Of a DNA stretch of 64,000 nucleotides, positions 1-8,955 are shown in pieces (the first letter of the stretch is position 1; each line of letters opens with the position of its first letter). Both the position numbers and the translations under genes were made by a program. This DNA is from an uncultured Burkholderiaceae bacterium (GTDB lineage Bacteria; Pseudomonadota; Gammaproteobacteria; Burkholderiales; Burkholderiaceae_C), in NCBI GenBank assembly GCA_964480105.1, contig CAYZPX010000001.1, positions 18,163 to 82,162 on the forward strand, given 5' to 3'. Under the pieces are notes generated by a model, which saw only the letters and a program-made list of their open reading frames with translations, was not told the DNA's origin and made no database searches.

Positions 1-1011
1 CATCACTGCTTCAATGAAGGCTTGCGCTTGCGGCCCGACGATGGCATTGCCGTAGGCGCGCAGTCGTCCCACGCGGGCGGGAGTCCCATGAGCCAGCGGG
101 AATGTGCCGGGTTCAACTGGCCGCCATTTGCCATCGCGGCACAGGAGCCAGTCAGCATCTCGCCAGAAGCCGTGAAGCGGGCTGGGCCGTTCAAAGCAAG
201 CGCCACAATCTGCCCCAGCGGTTTCCCCGTGTCCCACGGCCTCGCCTCCTTCACGCCACGGCTGGCATCGGTCGCAGTCGTTGTTGGCCAGCCCGCCAGT
301 TGTGCAAAGACTTCCTCGCTCAGTGGCTTGCCCCTTGATTGCTGCAGGCGGCTGTCCAGAAACTCCTTCGAGCCGCTTGCGCTTTTCCAATCGCGTGCCG
401 CTGTTGTCGGCCAACCTGCCAGCATCGCAAAATCGTTCAGGTTTGAACCGTGGCGCGTCTCGCCCATTGCACGCTTCGCTTGGCCGCCGCCCGTGCTGTC
501 GCTTGTCTGTGGTGTTGGCCACCCAGTACAGTCGGTCTCTGATGTGCGGCGCACCGACGCCCGCAGCCGGGAATGGGACCGCCCCGACGGCGTAACCCAG
601 GCTTTCCAGGTCATCGCGTACAAGGTCGATCCACGGCTCTGCATCCTTGCTTGCAACCTGCTCTCCAAAGACTGCTGCAGGGCGGCACTCCTGGATGAGG
701 TGGAAGAAAGCTGGCCACAGGTGCCGCTCGTCAGCAAACCCAGCTCCCGCGCCTGCCGCGCTGAAAGGTTGGCACGGACAGGAACCTGTCCAAACAGGTC
801 GGTCGTCAGTCCATCCTGCATTGCGCAGGGCATGGGACCAGACGCCAATGCCGGCGAAAAAGTGGCACTGGGTGAAGTCTCGTAAGTCGTTGGGGTGGAC
901 ATCCTCAATGCTCCTTTCGTCCACTACGCCGTCAGCGATGTGCCCAGCCTGGATCAGGTTGCGCAGCCACTGAGCGGCGAAGGGCTCAATTTCGTTGTAG
1001 TAGGCAGCCAT
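1..1011 (-). CDS. DNA (cytosine-5)-methyltransferase; 3' end lies beyond the left window edge
   Basis: ATG at 1011-1009. The frame stays open for 337 codons down to nt 1 with no stop, so it is absent from the ORF track. Translation [19 protein letters not shown]... contains HFFAGIG (motif I), GSCPCQPFS (motif IV, PCQ), VFGEQV (motif VI), [12 protein letters not shown] (motif VIII) and [10 protein letters not shown] (motif X). Confidence 0.8.
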   Translation of the reverse strand, partial: MAAYYNEIEPFAAQWLRNLIQAGHIADGVVDERSIEDVHPNDLRDFTQCHFFAGIGVWSHALRNAGWTDDRPVWTGSCPCQPFSAAGAGAGFADERHLWPAFFHLIQECRPAAVFGEQVASKDAEPWIDLVRDDLESLGYAVGAVPFPAAGVGAPHIRDRLYWVANTTDKRQHGRRPSEACNGRDAPRFKPERFCDAGRLADNSGTRLEKRKRLEGVSGQPPAAIKGQATERGSLCTTGGLANNDCDRCQPWREGGEAVGHGETAGADCGACFERPSPLHGFWRDADWLLCRDGKWRPVEPGTFPLAHGTPARVGRLRAYGNAIVGPQAQAFIEAVM

Positions 1012-1035
1012 AAAAAAAGCCCTCATGCAGAGGGC
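1012..1035 (-). terminator. intrinsic terminator after the 1057..1407 gene
   Basis: On the minus strand: GCCCTC-5 nt-GAGGGC hairpin followed by T7. Confidence 0.7.
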
Positions 1036-1056
1036 TTGTTGTTGGTTGTAGGCATG

Positions 1057-1407
1057 TCACCGCCCAAACAGCGCATTGCTCAGGTAGCTCATGCGATTGA
1101 CTTGCGCTGGCATGGCCTTTCGGCGCTCTGCGGCTTCTACGGGGTTCAGCAGCCTTGGCTTGACCAGGCACAGATCGGGCGGCGTAGGCCCAGCGCTGAA
1201 CAGCTCGCGGGGCTTGCCGTTGGTCTCGTTCGGGGTGTACCCGCTGACGTGGGCTTTCCCTTCCTCGACCAGCCGCTTGAGGGCTCGGCTCACGCTCATG
1301 CTGCTGATGCCGATGCGCGCTGCAAGCTGGTGCCGGTCCAGGCCGTGGCCATCGTCCGGCAGGAGCGCCAGGATCGCTGCGCGGTGCTGTGGTCCTAGGT
1401 GCTTCAC
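1057..1407 (-). CDS. winged-helix (MarR/IclR-like) DNA-binding protein
   Basis: 116 aa, GTG start. LDRHQLAARIGISSMSVSRALKRLVEEG looks like an HTH recognition segment. Its start overlaps the stop of the upstream small ORF (GTGA). Confidence 0.6.
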   Translation of the reverse strand: MKHLGPQHRAAILALLPDDGHGLDRHQLAARIGISSMSVSRALKRLVEEGKAHVSGYTPNETNGKPRELFSAGPTPPDLCLVKPRLLNPVEAAERRKAMPAQVNRMSYLSNALFGR

Positions 1408-1580
1408 ACTTCGTCCCCTTCGGTGTCGGGTGGCTCCTCGCCATCGCTCAGGAGGGCTTGAGCGAAGTGCTCAAGGTGCCGGCCCTCGAAGACGTACAGC
1501 CGCTGGCTTGGGTCTTCGTCGTTGACAAAGCGCTGGGCGGTGCGTCGGGCCAGTTCGTGGATGCGGGTGGTGGGGATCAT
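1404..1580 (-). CDS. small hypothetical protein (58 aa, below the ORF-track cutoff)
   Basis: ATG at 1580 overlaps the stop of 1577..2005 (ATGA). Its TGA overlaps the GTG of the next gene. Translation MIPTTRIHELARRTAQRFVNDEDPSQRLYVFEGRHLEHF... Confidence 0.5.
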   Translation of the reverse strand: MIPTTRIHELARRTAQRFVNDEDPSQRLYVFEGRHLEHFAQALLSDGEEPPDTEGDEV

Positions 1581-2005
1581 TGGCCTTCTGCTTTGGTGAT
1601 GGCGGCGCGGCCAACACGCGCAAGATACGAAAGCTCTGCCGTATCACCGCCAGTAAGGTCTTCTTCTTCCTCGGTCAGTGCTTCGTAGGCTGGATGGTCT
1701 TCGATGCGTTCTGTCATTTCGCGTAGCGCCTCTAGCAGCTCGTCGCGCTGTTTTTCCACAGACGCCAAGTACCGCTTCGCTTCCATGGCCACATCAAAAA
1801 TTGGCGAGATTTCCAGCTTTTCGGTTGGCAGTCCCTCGCAGGCATTCCAGCAGGCGGCCAGGCGGCGGGCGTTTGAAAAAGACTGCGGGCTTGCGCTGCC
1901 AGCAGCGAAAACAAAATTGTCCGCCTGGTCGCGGATTTCCGGGATTGCGTATGTGCTGAAAACTATCAGCTTTCCTTGTGTGTGCTTGCTCATGATCTTT
2001 TCCAT
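1577..2005 (-). CDS. hypothetical early protein
   Basis: 142-aa ORF with GGTGGA about 8 nt upstream of the ATG, in a same-strand operon with overlapping stops and starts. Confidence 0.7.
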   Translation of the reverse strand: MEKIMSKHTQGKLIVFSTYAIPEIRDQADNFVFAAGSASPQSFSNARRLAACWNACEGLPTEKLEISPIFDVAMEAKRYLASVEKQRDELLEALREMTERIEDHPAYEALTEEEEDLTGGDTAELSYLARVGRAAITKAEGQ

Positions 2006-2122
2006 TCAAATCCACCGCCAGCCCAATAAAGACCGGCGGTAATAGCTATCAATTTGTGAGTGTTTCCAGGGGCTTGAGCCCCAGGTAAACCGCAGTCACC
2101 TCGATCAATCTCTGGGCGGCGG

Positions 2123-2470
2123 TCATGCGGCCCTCTTGTCTAGCTGGCTGAAGGGGTTGATGCCGACCAGCTTGGTCTTGGGCTTTTCGGGCTCCTTGTG
2201 GCCCAGCCACCAGACGCCGCCCATGCCGTCTTCGCAGCGTTCTTTGGCGCGGACGATGGGGGCTTTGCGGCCCTTGCGCTCCAGCCATTTCTTGAGGGCG
2301 GCGCTGATGTGGTTGGCGTCGCCTGACTCACATTGCAGGCGCTTGCCGATGGCCAGCTGGGAGAAGATGGGCTCGAACTTGGATTCAGGGGTGCTGCGGC
2401 CGTCGGTGTATTGGTCGTCAAGGATGCGCAGTTTGGTCACGTCGATACGGCCGGGGTTGGATTTGCTCAT
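2123..2470 (-). CDS. hypothetical early protein
   Basis: 115-aa ORF within the operon. No motif recognised. Confidence 0.65.
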   Translation of the reverse strand: MSKSNPGRIDVTKLRILDDQYTDGRSTPESKFEPIFSQLAIGKRLQCESGDANHISAALKKWLERKGRKAPIVRAKERCEDGMGGVWWLGHKEPEKPKTKLVGINPFSQLDKRAA

Positions 2471-2481
2471 GGTGTTTGCTT

Positions 2482-3357
2482 TCAGGCTTCGCCGCCCAGG
2501 GCGTTGATCAGGTCGGGCAGCAGCTTGGACATCTCTCCGGTGAAGATGGCCACATCGGCATCAAAGCCGCTGTCGTCTTGGGACTCGGTAACCACATCCA
2601 GGAAGGCCAGCTTGCGCAGCTGCATCCCCTCGGTCAGTACGAATTCCACGCGGTCATCCCAGGTCATGGCCAGCTTGGTTGGCTGCTTGCCAGTCTTGAT
2701 GTGCTCTTGCACTTCCTGAATGTCGAGCGGGTGGCGCCCATACTTCACAACGGCTTTGGACTCGTCCGACGCTTGCAGCTCGCATTCGCGGCCCAGGGAG
2801 AACCCGGCAGGGGGCTCTTGCGTCACCAGCCATTCCGCCATGGCGCTGGAGGGTGCTTGCTGGGTGTGCTGCATTTGCAATGTCAAGCCTGGGATGGCTT
2901 CGACCAGGGAGGTCACCACGTCGTCAGCACGGGCCTGGCTGGATGTGTCAATCACCAGGGTGCAGCGCACGGGGTCAATCCAGACCCAGCAGGAAGCCCG
3001 CTTGGGGAACGCCTGGGGCAGCAGCTCCAGCATCCCGAGATCCTTGAGTTCCCGGCGCTCTTTCTTTCCTGGCTTGCGGCCGGTGGCTTGCTCGATCTTG
3101 TTGGCGCGGTCATCGACATGGCGCTGCAGCACGGGGCCTGGAACGGCTTTGGTTTCGATCTGGAATTTGGCGATCCAGTGGCTGCCGATGGCTTCCAGCA
3201 GCAGGCCATGCTCCTCCCCACGGGGCGGAACCCAGCCAGCGGATTTCTCTTGCGTGGCGCCGCAGGGGGTGAATGGCTGCTTTGCCAGTGCGTCGTTCAG
3301 GTCGATGCAGTCGGGCAGGGGGGTGGTGATTTGGTAAAGGATTGCGTTTTTGAACAT
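2482..3357 (-). CDS. rdgC: recombination-associated protein RdgC
   Basis: 291 aa, N-terminus MFKNAILYQI. Length and overall pattern match what I remember of RdgC. Confidence 0.8.
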   Translation of the reverse strand: MFKNAILYQITTPLPDCIDLNDALAKQPFTPCGATQEKSAGWVPPRGEEHGLLLEAIGSHWIAKFQIETKAVPGPVLQRHVDDRANKIEQATGRKPGKKERRELKDLGMLELLPQAFPKRASCWVWIDPVRCTLVIDTSSQARADDVVTSLVEAIPGLTLQMQHTQQAPSSAMAEWLVTQEPPAGFSLGRECELQASDESKAVVKYGRHPLDIQEVQEHIKTGKQPTKLAMTWDDRVEFVLTEGMQLRKLAFLDVVTESQDDSGFDADVAIFTGEMSKLLPDLINALGGEA

Positions 3358-3368
3358 CTTGCAGGCGT

Positions 3369-3391
3369 AAAAAAGCCCTCGATGGGAGGGC
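3369..3391 (-). terminator. intrinsic terminator between the MazG-like gene and rdgC
   Basis: On the minus strand: GCCCTC-5 nt-GAGGGC followed by T6. Confidence 0.65.
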
Positions 3392-3413
3392 TGGTTGGTG
3401 ATAGTGGGGTGGC

Positions 3414-3776
3414 TCAGGCTTCGATGGTCTGTTGCTTGTCCGCCCGGAAGGCGGCCAGCTCGTCTTGGTACTGGGTTGGGTAGCGCTTGCGCAGCTTGGC
3501 GATGTTCTCTCCAGCCACATCAGCCATGCTCACGCCCAGGGTGTCACAGGCCAGGGCCACAAACCACAAGATGTCGCCCAGCTCCTCGGCGGCGTTCTCC
3601 CGGTCCAGCTCGCGGCCATAGACGAAGTTTTTTTTGATGCAGTCGGCAAACTCGCCAGCCTCTCCGGTCAGGCCCAGGGCGGCATGGATCAGGTTGTCGC
3701 CCTCGCTCATGGGCTTGGCCGTGCGCATGGCCAGTTGCTGATAGGTGTCAAATTCGTTGTTCATGGTGTCTTTCAT
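3414..3776 (-). CDS. MazG-like nucleoside triphosphate pyrophosphohydrolase
   Basis: Internal ATG at 3776 overlaps the upstream stop (ATGA). 120 aa containing LGLTGEAGEFADCIKK and ELGDILWFVA, which are EEXX(E/D)-type MazG helices. Confidence 0.8.
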   Translation of the reverse strand: MKDTMNNEFDTYQQLAMRTAKPMSEGDNLIHAALGLTGEAGEFADCIKKNFVYGRELDRENAAEELGDILWFVALACDTLGVSMADVAGENIAKLRKRYPTQYQDELAAFRADKQQTIEA

Positions 3777-4282
3777 CAGGCTTGGCCTGCGGTTGCATCC
3801 AGGCGCTGGGCGATTTGCTCGGTGCGCTGCTGGTATTCGTTGATTCCGTACACCGCCTGGAGTGCGTCGCGCAGCTCGCGCCGTGTACATTGCTGCTGCA
3901 TGGCATCGGTCACGGTCAGGCCGTGGCCCAGGGCGGTGAATTCGGGTTGCGCCACGCCCCACTTGCCGCTGGTTTCGTGCCTGGCCTTGACGGCGCGCAG
4001 GGCGTCCTGGGCGCTGGCCAGATCAGGGGCAGCATCAGGGAAATGCTCTTCGGCCAGCAGGCGCCCCCAGTTCAGGCGCAGTGCCAGGGCATGCCAGTCG
4101 CCTTCGTCGGCGGTTCCATTGCGAAAGCACTCCAGCAGGGCTTGCGGCACGAGCTGGAGTTGGGTTTCATCCTGGCTGTTGAACCTGATGTTGATAGGCA
4201 GCTTGATGTGGCCTGCCCCCTTGGCAGGCTTGGTGCCCCTCATGGATGCACGCTCGAAGGCGCGGCGTTGGGCGCGGTTCAT
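3776..4282 (-). CDS. hypothetical early protein
   Basis: 168-aa ORF, translationally coupled to the downstream gene. Confidence 0.65.
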   Translation of the reverse strand: MNRAQRRAFERASMRGTKPAKGAGHIKLPINIRFNSQDETQLQLVPQALLECFRNGTADEGDWHALALRLNWGRLLAEEHFPDAAPDLASAQDALRAVKARHETSGKWGVAQPEFTALGHGLTVTDAMQQQCTRRELRDALQAVYGINEYQQRTEQIAQRLDATAGQA

Positions 4283-4285
4283 GGG

Positions 4286-4732
4286 CTAGAACGGGATGTC
4301 GTCATCCATGCCATCAAACCCCGAGCTTGCCGGTGGCGGCGCTTGGCGTTGCTGGCTTGGGGCTGGTGCGTGCGCGTGGCCTTGGCCGGAGTCGCCCTGG
4401 CGGCTGCCCAGCATCTGCATGGAGTCGGCCCGGATCTCGGTGCTGTACTTTTCCACGCCGTTCTGGTCTGTCCATTTGCGCGTGCGCAGGCTGCCCTCGA
4501 CATAGACCTGAGAGCCTTTGCGCAGGTACTTGGCAGCGATTTCTGCCAGCTTTCCAGTGAAAGCCACGCGATGCCATTCTGTGGCTTCCTTGCTTTCTCC
4601 GGTTTGCTTGTCCTTCCACTTGTCGGTGGTGGCGATGGTGACGTTGGTGATTTGCCCCCCGTCAGGGAATGTTCTGGATTCTGGGTCGCGGCCCAAATTT
4701 CCTACGAGGATGACTTTGTTGACTGATGCCAT
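4286..4732 (-). CDS. ssb: single-stranded DNA-binding protein
   Basis: [18 protein letters not shown]... OB-fold N-terminus, Gly/Gln/Pro-rich linker and acidic tail DDDIPF. Confidence 0.95.
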   Translation of the reverse strand: MASVNKVILVGNLGRDPESRTFPDGGQITNVTIATTDKWKDKQTGESKEATEWHRVAFTGKLAEIAAKYLRKGSQVYVEGSLRTRKWTDQNGVEKYSTEIRADSMQMLGSRQGDSGQGHAHAPAPSQQRQAPPPASSGFDGMDDDIPF

Positions 4733-4745
4733 GTTGGCCTTTCTG

Positions 4746-4772
4746 AAAATGCCCGCCGGCCTACCCGGCGGG
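4746..4772 (-). terminator. possible weak terminator or attenuator after the exonuclease gene
   Basis: 8-bp GC stem (CCCGCCGG/CCGGCGGG) followed by only T4 on the minus strand. Confidence 0.35.
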
Positions 4773-4779
4773 AGTTGGT

Positions 4780-6402
4780 TTAAGCGGCTGCCTTGACCTG
4801 GATCGCCTCAATGTGTCGCACCAGGGCTGCCAGGATCAACGGGAAGTCCGCCTCGTGGTACAGCTTGGACGCCCGCTCAGTGGCAGCAGGCGCGAAGCCC
4901 AAGCCCTTGAGGAAGTCGGCTGTTAAAGAAAACCCCAGGCGGTCGCCAATCTGGCCCAGCTTGAGGGTAGGGTTGCTGCGCTGCAGTGGCACCACGTTGG
5001 TGGCGCCTTCTTCCCAGGGCAGTGGTTTGCTCCAGACGCTTTCAACCGACTGTGGCTGGTTGACTTGCACGACCGGCTGCTCTTTGACTGCTGCAGCGGC
5101 CTGGCGGTCAGCTTCGGCCTTCTGGTGCTGCGCGATGCGCGCGGCCAGCAGGTTGGCGAAGTCTTCGGCGGGCTTGTTGGCCACGCTGGCCAGGTCTGGG
5201 AACAGATGCGCCCACTCTCCCAGGCTGCGCACGTTCATCTCGATGCGGTCAGCGGCTGCACTGGCTTCGATCTTGGCGTGCGCCAGGGTGGTGTTCACTG
5301 CGTCCCGCAGGCTTGCCAGGGTGCGCTTACCCTTGATAGCGCCGGCAAAGTCGGCGTGAATCGTGGGCATCAGGTTTTGGCCCAGGCGGGCGTTCAGGCT
5401 GGCGATGTGTGCGCGCAGTGCGGCGACGCCTTCCAGGGTGATGCTGGCCTTGATCTCCTCCTTGCGGGTCTTGACCGACTTTTCCAGCAGTAGGCGCTTG
5501 GCGCGCACGGATTCGGCAATCTCGTCCATGGCGCGAAACAGTGCGTCAATGCTGGCCGTCTGCGCCAGGGCGTGCTGCTTGGCGGCAGAAATGCGGGCCT
5601 CGGCATCGCTGCACCACTTCACGTCCAGTTCGGCGTTAGCGAAGTCCTGATCGCTCTCCAGCTGGGTGTTCACGCCGGCGATAGCGGCCATGGCCTGGTG
5701 CTTGAACTCGTCCAGGTTGCTGGCCGTCACCGCGCCCGTGACCTGAATCAGCAGGGCTGGCAGGGCCTCGCGGCTTTGTCCGACGATGGTGGGGGCTGCG
5801 ACGGGCGGCTTCCAGGCTGCAACATCATGGTGGAACTGCTCCCAGCCGGCGACGATCTTGGCGCGCAGCTCAAGGTTTGGGGTGTACCAGCAGTACAGCG
5901 CCTCGATGAGAGCATCGCCATCCCAGTTCGAGGCCATGAACAGGATCTTTTCGCAACCGGACACCAGGCACTGTTGCTCCATCTGGATTTGGTACTCCAG
6001 CGGAAGATCGGCGCCAGTGCAGCCTGGAACTGACAGGGCAGCCTGCAGGCGCTGGTTCATGCGCTTGTGCTCGAATCCAATGTCCTCCAGGAGCGTCAAG
6101 CCGTCGAAGCTGGCGGAAAGGTTGGTGCCCTCCAGCGAGCCCGTGACGGGGTACAGCTCCTGGCCGATGATGTTCTCGGCCAATGGTCTGGCCAGGGCCT
6201 CGAAGCGGTGGCCTTCGTCAAACCGGCGCTGGGTTGCTGTGTCCACCTCTGGGATAGCGCCCGTGGCGCGCTCGGCAATCAGCTGGTCGCGGGTCTTGTA
6301 GCTGCTCAAGCCCAGCATGGCCGGTGCGTCTGATGCGTTGCACATTTGCTGGCGGTAGGCGTGCCAGGAATCGCTGCCTTGCTGCAAGGTATGGGTAATC
6401 AT
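4780..6402 (-). CDS. YqaJ-type (lambda Exo-like, PD-(D/E)XK) recombination exonuclease with a roughly 340-aa C-terminal extension
   Basis: ATG at 6402 preceded by [21 protein letters not shown]...GFEHKR and [14 protein letters not shown] match YqaJ motifs. The C-terminal half is coiled-coil-like and unassigned. Confidence 0.8.
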   Translation of the reverse strand: MITHTLQQGSDSWHAYRQQMCNASDAPAMLGLSSYKTRDQLIAERATGAIPEVDTATQRRFDEGHRFEALARPLAENIIGQELYPVTGSLEGTNLSASFDGLTLLEDIGFEHKRMNQRLQAALSVPGCTGADLPLEYQIQMEQQCLVSGCEKILFMASNWDGDALIEALYCWYTPNLELRAKIVAGWEQFHHDVAAWKPPVAAPTIVGQSREALPALLIQVTGAVTASNLDEFKHQAMAAIAGVNTQLESDQDFANAELDVKWCSDAEARISAAKQHALAQTASIDALFRAMDEIAESVRAKRLLLEKSVKTRKEEIKASITLEGVAALRAHIASLNARLGQNLMPTIHADFAGAIKGKRTLASLRDAVNTTLAHAKIEASAAADRIEMNVRSLGEWAHLFPDLASVANKPAEDFANLLAARIAQHQKAEADRQAAAAVKEQPVVQVNQPQSVESVWSKPLPWEEGATNVVPLQRSNPTLKLGQIGDRLGFSLTADFLKGLGFAPAATERASKLYHEADFPLILAALVRHIEAIQVKAAA

Positions 6403-6412
6403 GGGGTTCTCC

Positions 6413-7429
6413 TTACGGCACAGCAACGAAGTCCGTTGCCATGCGGGTGTCGTACACATCGTTCAGCCGGGCTTGCTCGGCGGGGTCTTCCAGCTGGTCA
6501 ATCCAGCCGGCAGCGGCGTGCAGTTCGTCCTCGGTGGCGGCCTGGCGCAGTTGCTCCTCGACCTGGGCAGGTGTTGGGCGGGCTGGCGTCTTTGGCTGCA
6601 CATCGGTGACCGCTGGATCAATCGGCGCGCGGATGGCGTCGATCTGGGCTTGGGTCAAGGTGCCTTTGGTGCTGGCTTTGGCAATGATTCCCTCTGCCGT
6701 AGCTCGCCCAGCTGCGATGTACCCCTGCCAAAGCGGTAGGTTTTTCTGGAAGTCGTCGTTTGAGTAGGCTGGCAACAGTGCTGGCTTGGCTGGCTCAGCG
6801 ACGACGTGGATCTCGCCAGTTCCGTGGTCCACAAACTCGTCGTTGAACGTCTTTCCAGCCATCTCGTCGGCAGTCGGCTCGCTGCCAATCTCTGGGAAGG
6901 CTTTGCGCAGCGCCTGGGCCTCGGCGCACTTTGCGATCTGGCCGTAGGGGCGTTTCTTCCACATCGCGTTAGGGGCGATGGAATCCTTGCCCGCCGTGGC
7001 GTAGTTCTCTTTCCAGAACTCCTTGGCGGTGAACTCCACGAGTTCGCCCGTTGCCAGCCGGCGACGGACGGTGACACGGCACCAGGCCGGGTAGGTGATA
7101 TGGATGCCGCCAATGTTTTCGTTCACATCCGGGCCGAACTCTGGCTCGGTTACGCCTGCACACCCGCTGCGCGCGGCCTGGGTGCGGTACAGACCGACCC
7201 CTGGCATGATCACATCACGCATGCGTTTGGCCTTGTTGTCCCACATTGGGACGATGTGGACCGGCTTTTGCATCGGGTCCAGTCCGCTGGCCTTGCAGTA
7301 GCCCAAGACCATCTTGATGCTGTTCAGGTCAGCTCCAGGGTACAGGCTGGACTGCAGGACTTGCATCAGTTCTTCCTCCTGCATCTTTAGTGCAGGCAGA
7401 CCGGATTCGTGTTTGACGATTGCGTTCAT
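6413..7429 (-). CDS. recT: RecT-family single-strand annealing recombinase
   Basis: 338 aa. LGYCKASGLDPMQKPVHIVP, GLYRTQAARSG and AMWKKRPYGQIAKCAEAQALRKAFPE are typical RecT segments. Sits next to the exonuclease gene. Confidence 0.9.
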   Translation of the reverse strand: MNAIVKHESGLPALKMQEEELMQVLQSSLYPGADLNSIKMVLGYCKASGLDPMQKPVHIVPMWDNKAKRMRDVIMPGVGLYRTQAARSGCAGVTEPEFGPDVNENIGGIHITYPAWCRVTVRRRLATGELVEFTAKEFWKENYATAGKDSIAPNAMWKKRPYGQIAKCAEAQALRKAFPEIGSEPTADEMAGKTFNDEFVDHGTGEIHVVAEPAKPALLPAYSNDDFQKNLPLWQGYIAAGRATAEGIIAKASTKGTLTQAQIDAIRAPIDPAVTDVQPKTPARPTPAQVEEQLRQAATEDELHAAAGWIDQLEDPAEQARLNDVYDTRMATDFVAVP

Positions 7430-7449
7430 GGTGCTCTCCGTTTGGTCGT

Positions 7450-7472
7450 AAAAAAGCCCGCTGGGTGCGGGC
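7450..7472 (-). terminator. intrinsic terminator closing the low-G+C insert
   Basis: On the minus strand: GCCCGC-5 nt-GCGGGC followed by T6, directly after the stop at 7484. Confidence 0.75.
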
Positions 7473-7483
7473 TGGGTGGTGGT

Positions 7484-8311
7484 TCAAATGGTTGCTTTGC
7501 TACGCAGTTTTTCCATCTCGTCTAATGACCTAAGCACGTCAAGGTATGGGGTGCTACCTTTCAATGTCAGTAGTGAAAAGCGCTTCAGCTCATATTCAAC
7601 GTCTTCAATTCCGCCATCAATGAACTTAATCTGGGCTTTCACTGCCTTCAGTTGCTCAACGTGACGAACATCTGTGTGTTTTCGCATTGCAAACACAATG
7701 TCATAGTCTCGTAGCTGGTGAATTGCGCGAATATCACTAGCCTCAATCAGCTTGAGCGCAACATGGTCCCCTACCTTTGAATGGAGTGTGGGGTGATGGG
7801 GCTTTGCAATCCCGACGACTGCAACTTGCCACTGGCGTTTCGCCTCTTTTTCAGAAACCGTCGTCTTTTTGCTGACGGCAGACATTTCATCGCGCATGTT
7901 GACTATGATGGTTTTCATCCCAGCCAGGCGATCAGACGTGTCTGTTTTGAAATCAATCAGCGCCTTGAAAATCGTTTGGTTTGCCGTGGTCAAGCGCTTT
8001 ATTTCTTCTTGCAGTTCAGCCACGTCAGCAACGTCCCGGCCAACTTCCTTGATGGCTGCTGCGATTTCTTTCAGTGTTGGCTCTCTGGCTGCTTCCTGGG
8101 CTGCGAGGCGCTTGGCCTCTGCTTCACGCAGCTTGTTGAGGTGTGCCGTAATGACCGCTTCCGCCTCTGTCTTTTCGTACAGTGAGAGGCTTTCTCCTGC
8201 AATCTTCAGTTTGTGGGCCTTCAGCTTTGCTGCTTGAATTAGGTTTGTGGCAATGTTGACGTCAATCTGCTTTTCAGTCGCAATTTGTTCGATGCTGACA
8301 AGTTCACTCAT
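7484..8311 (-). CDS. hypothetical protein: N-terminal coiled coil plus C-terminal alpha/beta domain (low-G+C insert)
   Basis: ATG at 8311 with GAGGAG upstream, ATGA overlap with the previous gene. 275 aa. The C-terminal VAVVGI...YDIVFAMRKH...IKFIDGG alternation suggests a Rossmann-like fold. Confidence 0.7.
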   Translation of the reverse strand: MSELVSIEQIATEKQIDVNIATNLIQAAKLKAHKLKIAGESLSLYEKTEAEAVITAHLNKLREAEAKRLAAQEAAREPTLKEIAAAIKEVGRDVADVAELQEEIKRLTTANQTIFKALIDFKTDTSDRLAGMKTIIVNMRDEMSAVSKKTTVSEKEAKRQWQVAVVGIAKPHHPTLHSKVGDHVALKLIEASDIRAIHQLRDYDIVFAMRKHTDVRHVEQLKAVKAQIKFIDGGIEDVEYELKRFSLLTLKGSTPYLDVLRSLDEMEKLRSKATI

Positions 8312-8757
8312 TTTTTGTACTCCTCGTTGATGCGGTCTGAAACTGCAAGCAGATGGTCTGCAATGGAAATTGCGATTGCAGCAGCATCCTTGCGCTTCCA
8401 AAGTATTGCAGTGGTCGATGCTGCATAAGGTTCAAATCCTGCTTCTTGGATTCGCTGAACGGATAAGGAAACTCCTAGTAGCGCGCTCATTTCTGATGTG
8501 TTGACTACATCAACACCGTTGATTGATTTAATAGTCATTGAAGACCCGTTAGGTGTTTGAAAAAGATCGGTTTGGCTAAACCGCTGCTTTTGTTGATTGA
8601 TTTGCTGCTTGCGTTTTCTTCGGTTTTCTGAGTCCACCTGAGTTTGAAAAGATTGGCAGGTCCGACATTCACAACGAAGACCGAATGGCCGCCGCTTATC
8701 TCGGTTGAACTCAGAAAGCGGCTTTTCCAGATTGCAGCGTGGACATCGTTTGGTCAA
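8308..8757 (-). CDS. zinc-ribbon plus HTH-like protein (low-G+C insert)
   Basis: TTG start with a GGGGG Shine-Dalgarno. CPRC...CECRTC four-Cys ribbon of the kind found N-terminal to AP2/HNH proteins. TSEMSALLGVSLSVQRIQ is HTH-like. Confidence 0.6.
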   Translation of the reverse strand: MTKRCPRCNLEKPLSEFNRDKRRPFGLRCECRTCQSFQTQVDSENRRKRKQQINQQKQRFSQTDLFQTPNGSSMTIKSINGVDVVNTSEMSALLGVSLSVQRIQEAGFEPYAASTTAILWKRKDAAAIAISIADHLLAVSDRINEEYKK

Positions 8758-8955
8758 TGCGCCCCCTTGGCTTTGCTGGTGTGATTGATGACTGTTTGCG
8801 CGTTCGCAAGATCGGGCCTAATGACTTACCTCCGACCGACCCTTACAACCCCTTGCTCATCCCTTGTCGTTCATCGGGCAGGATTTGCTGGGCCTCTTGC
8901 GCTGGTGGCGGGTGCGCGTCCCCACCTCGGATGCGGCCGGACCCGCGAAATTGGG

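Noticed and set aside
3-908. 301-aa minus-strand ORF from the track, which first looked like a methyltransferase target-recognition fragment.
   Set aside because: A different minus-strand frame (ATG 1011, open to nt 1) contains motifs I, IV, VI, VIII and X of C5 methyltransferases in the correct order without interruption. The listed ORF is best explained as an open shadow frame in G+C-rich DNA.
2049-2126. 25-codon minus-strand ORF whose ATG overlaps the stop of 2123..2470.
   Set aside because: It is too short and featureless to support. The ATGA overlap could be coincidental.
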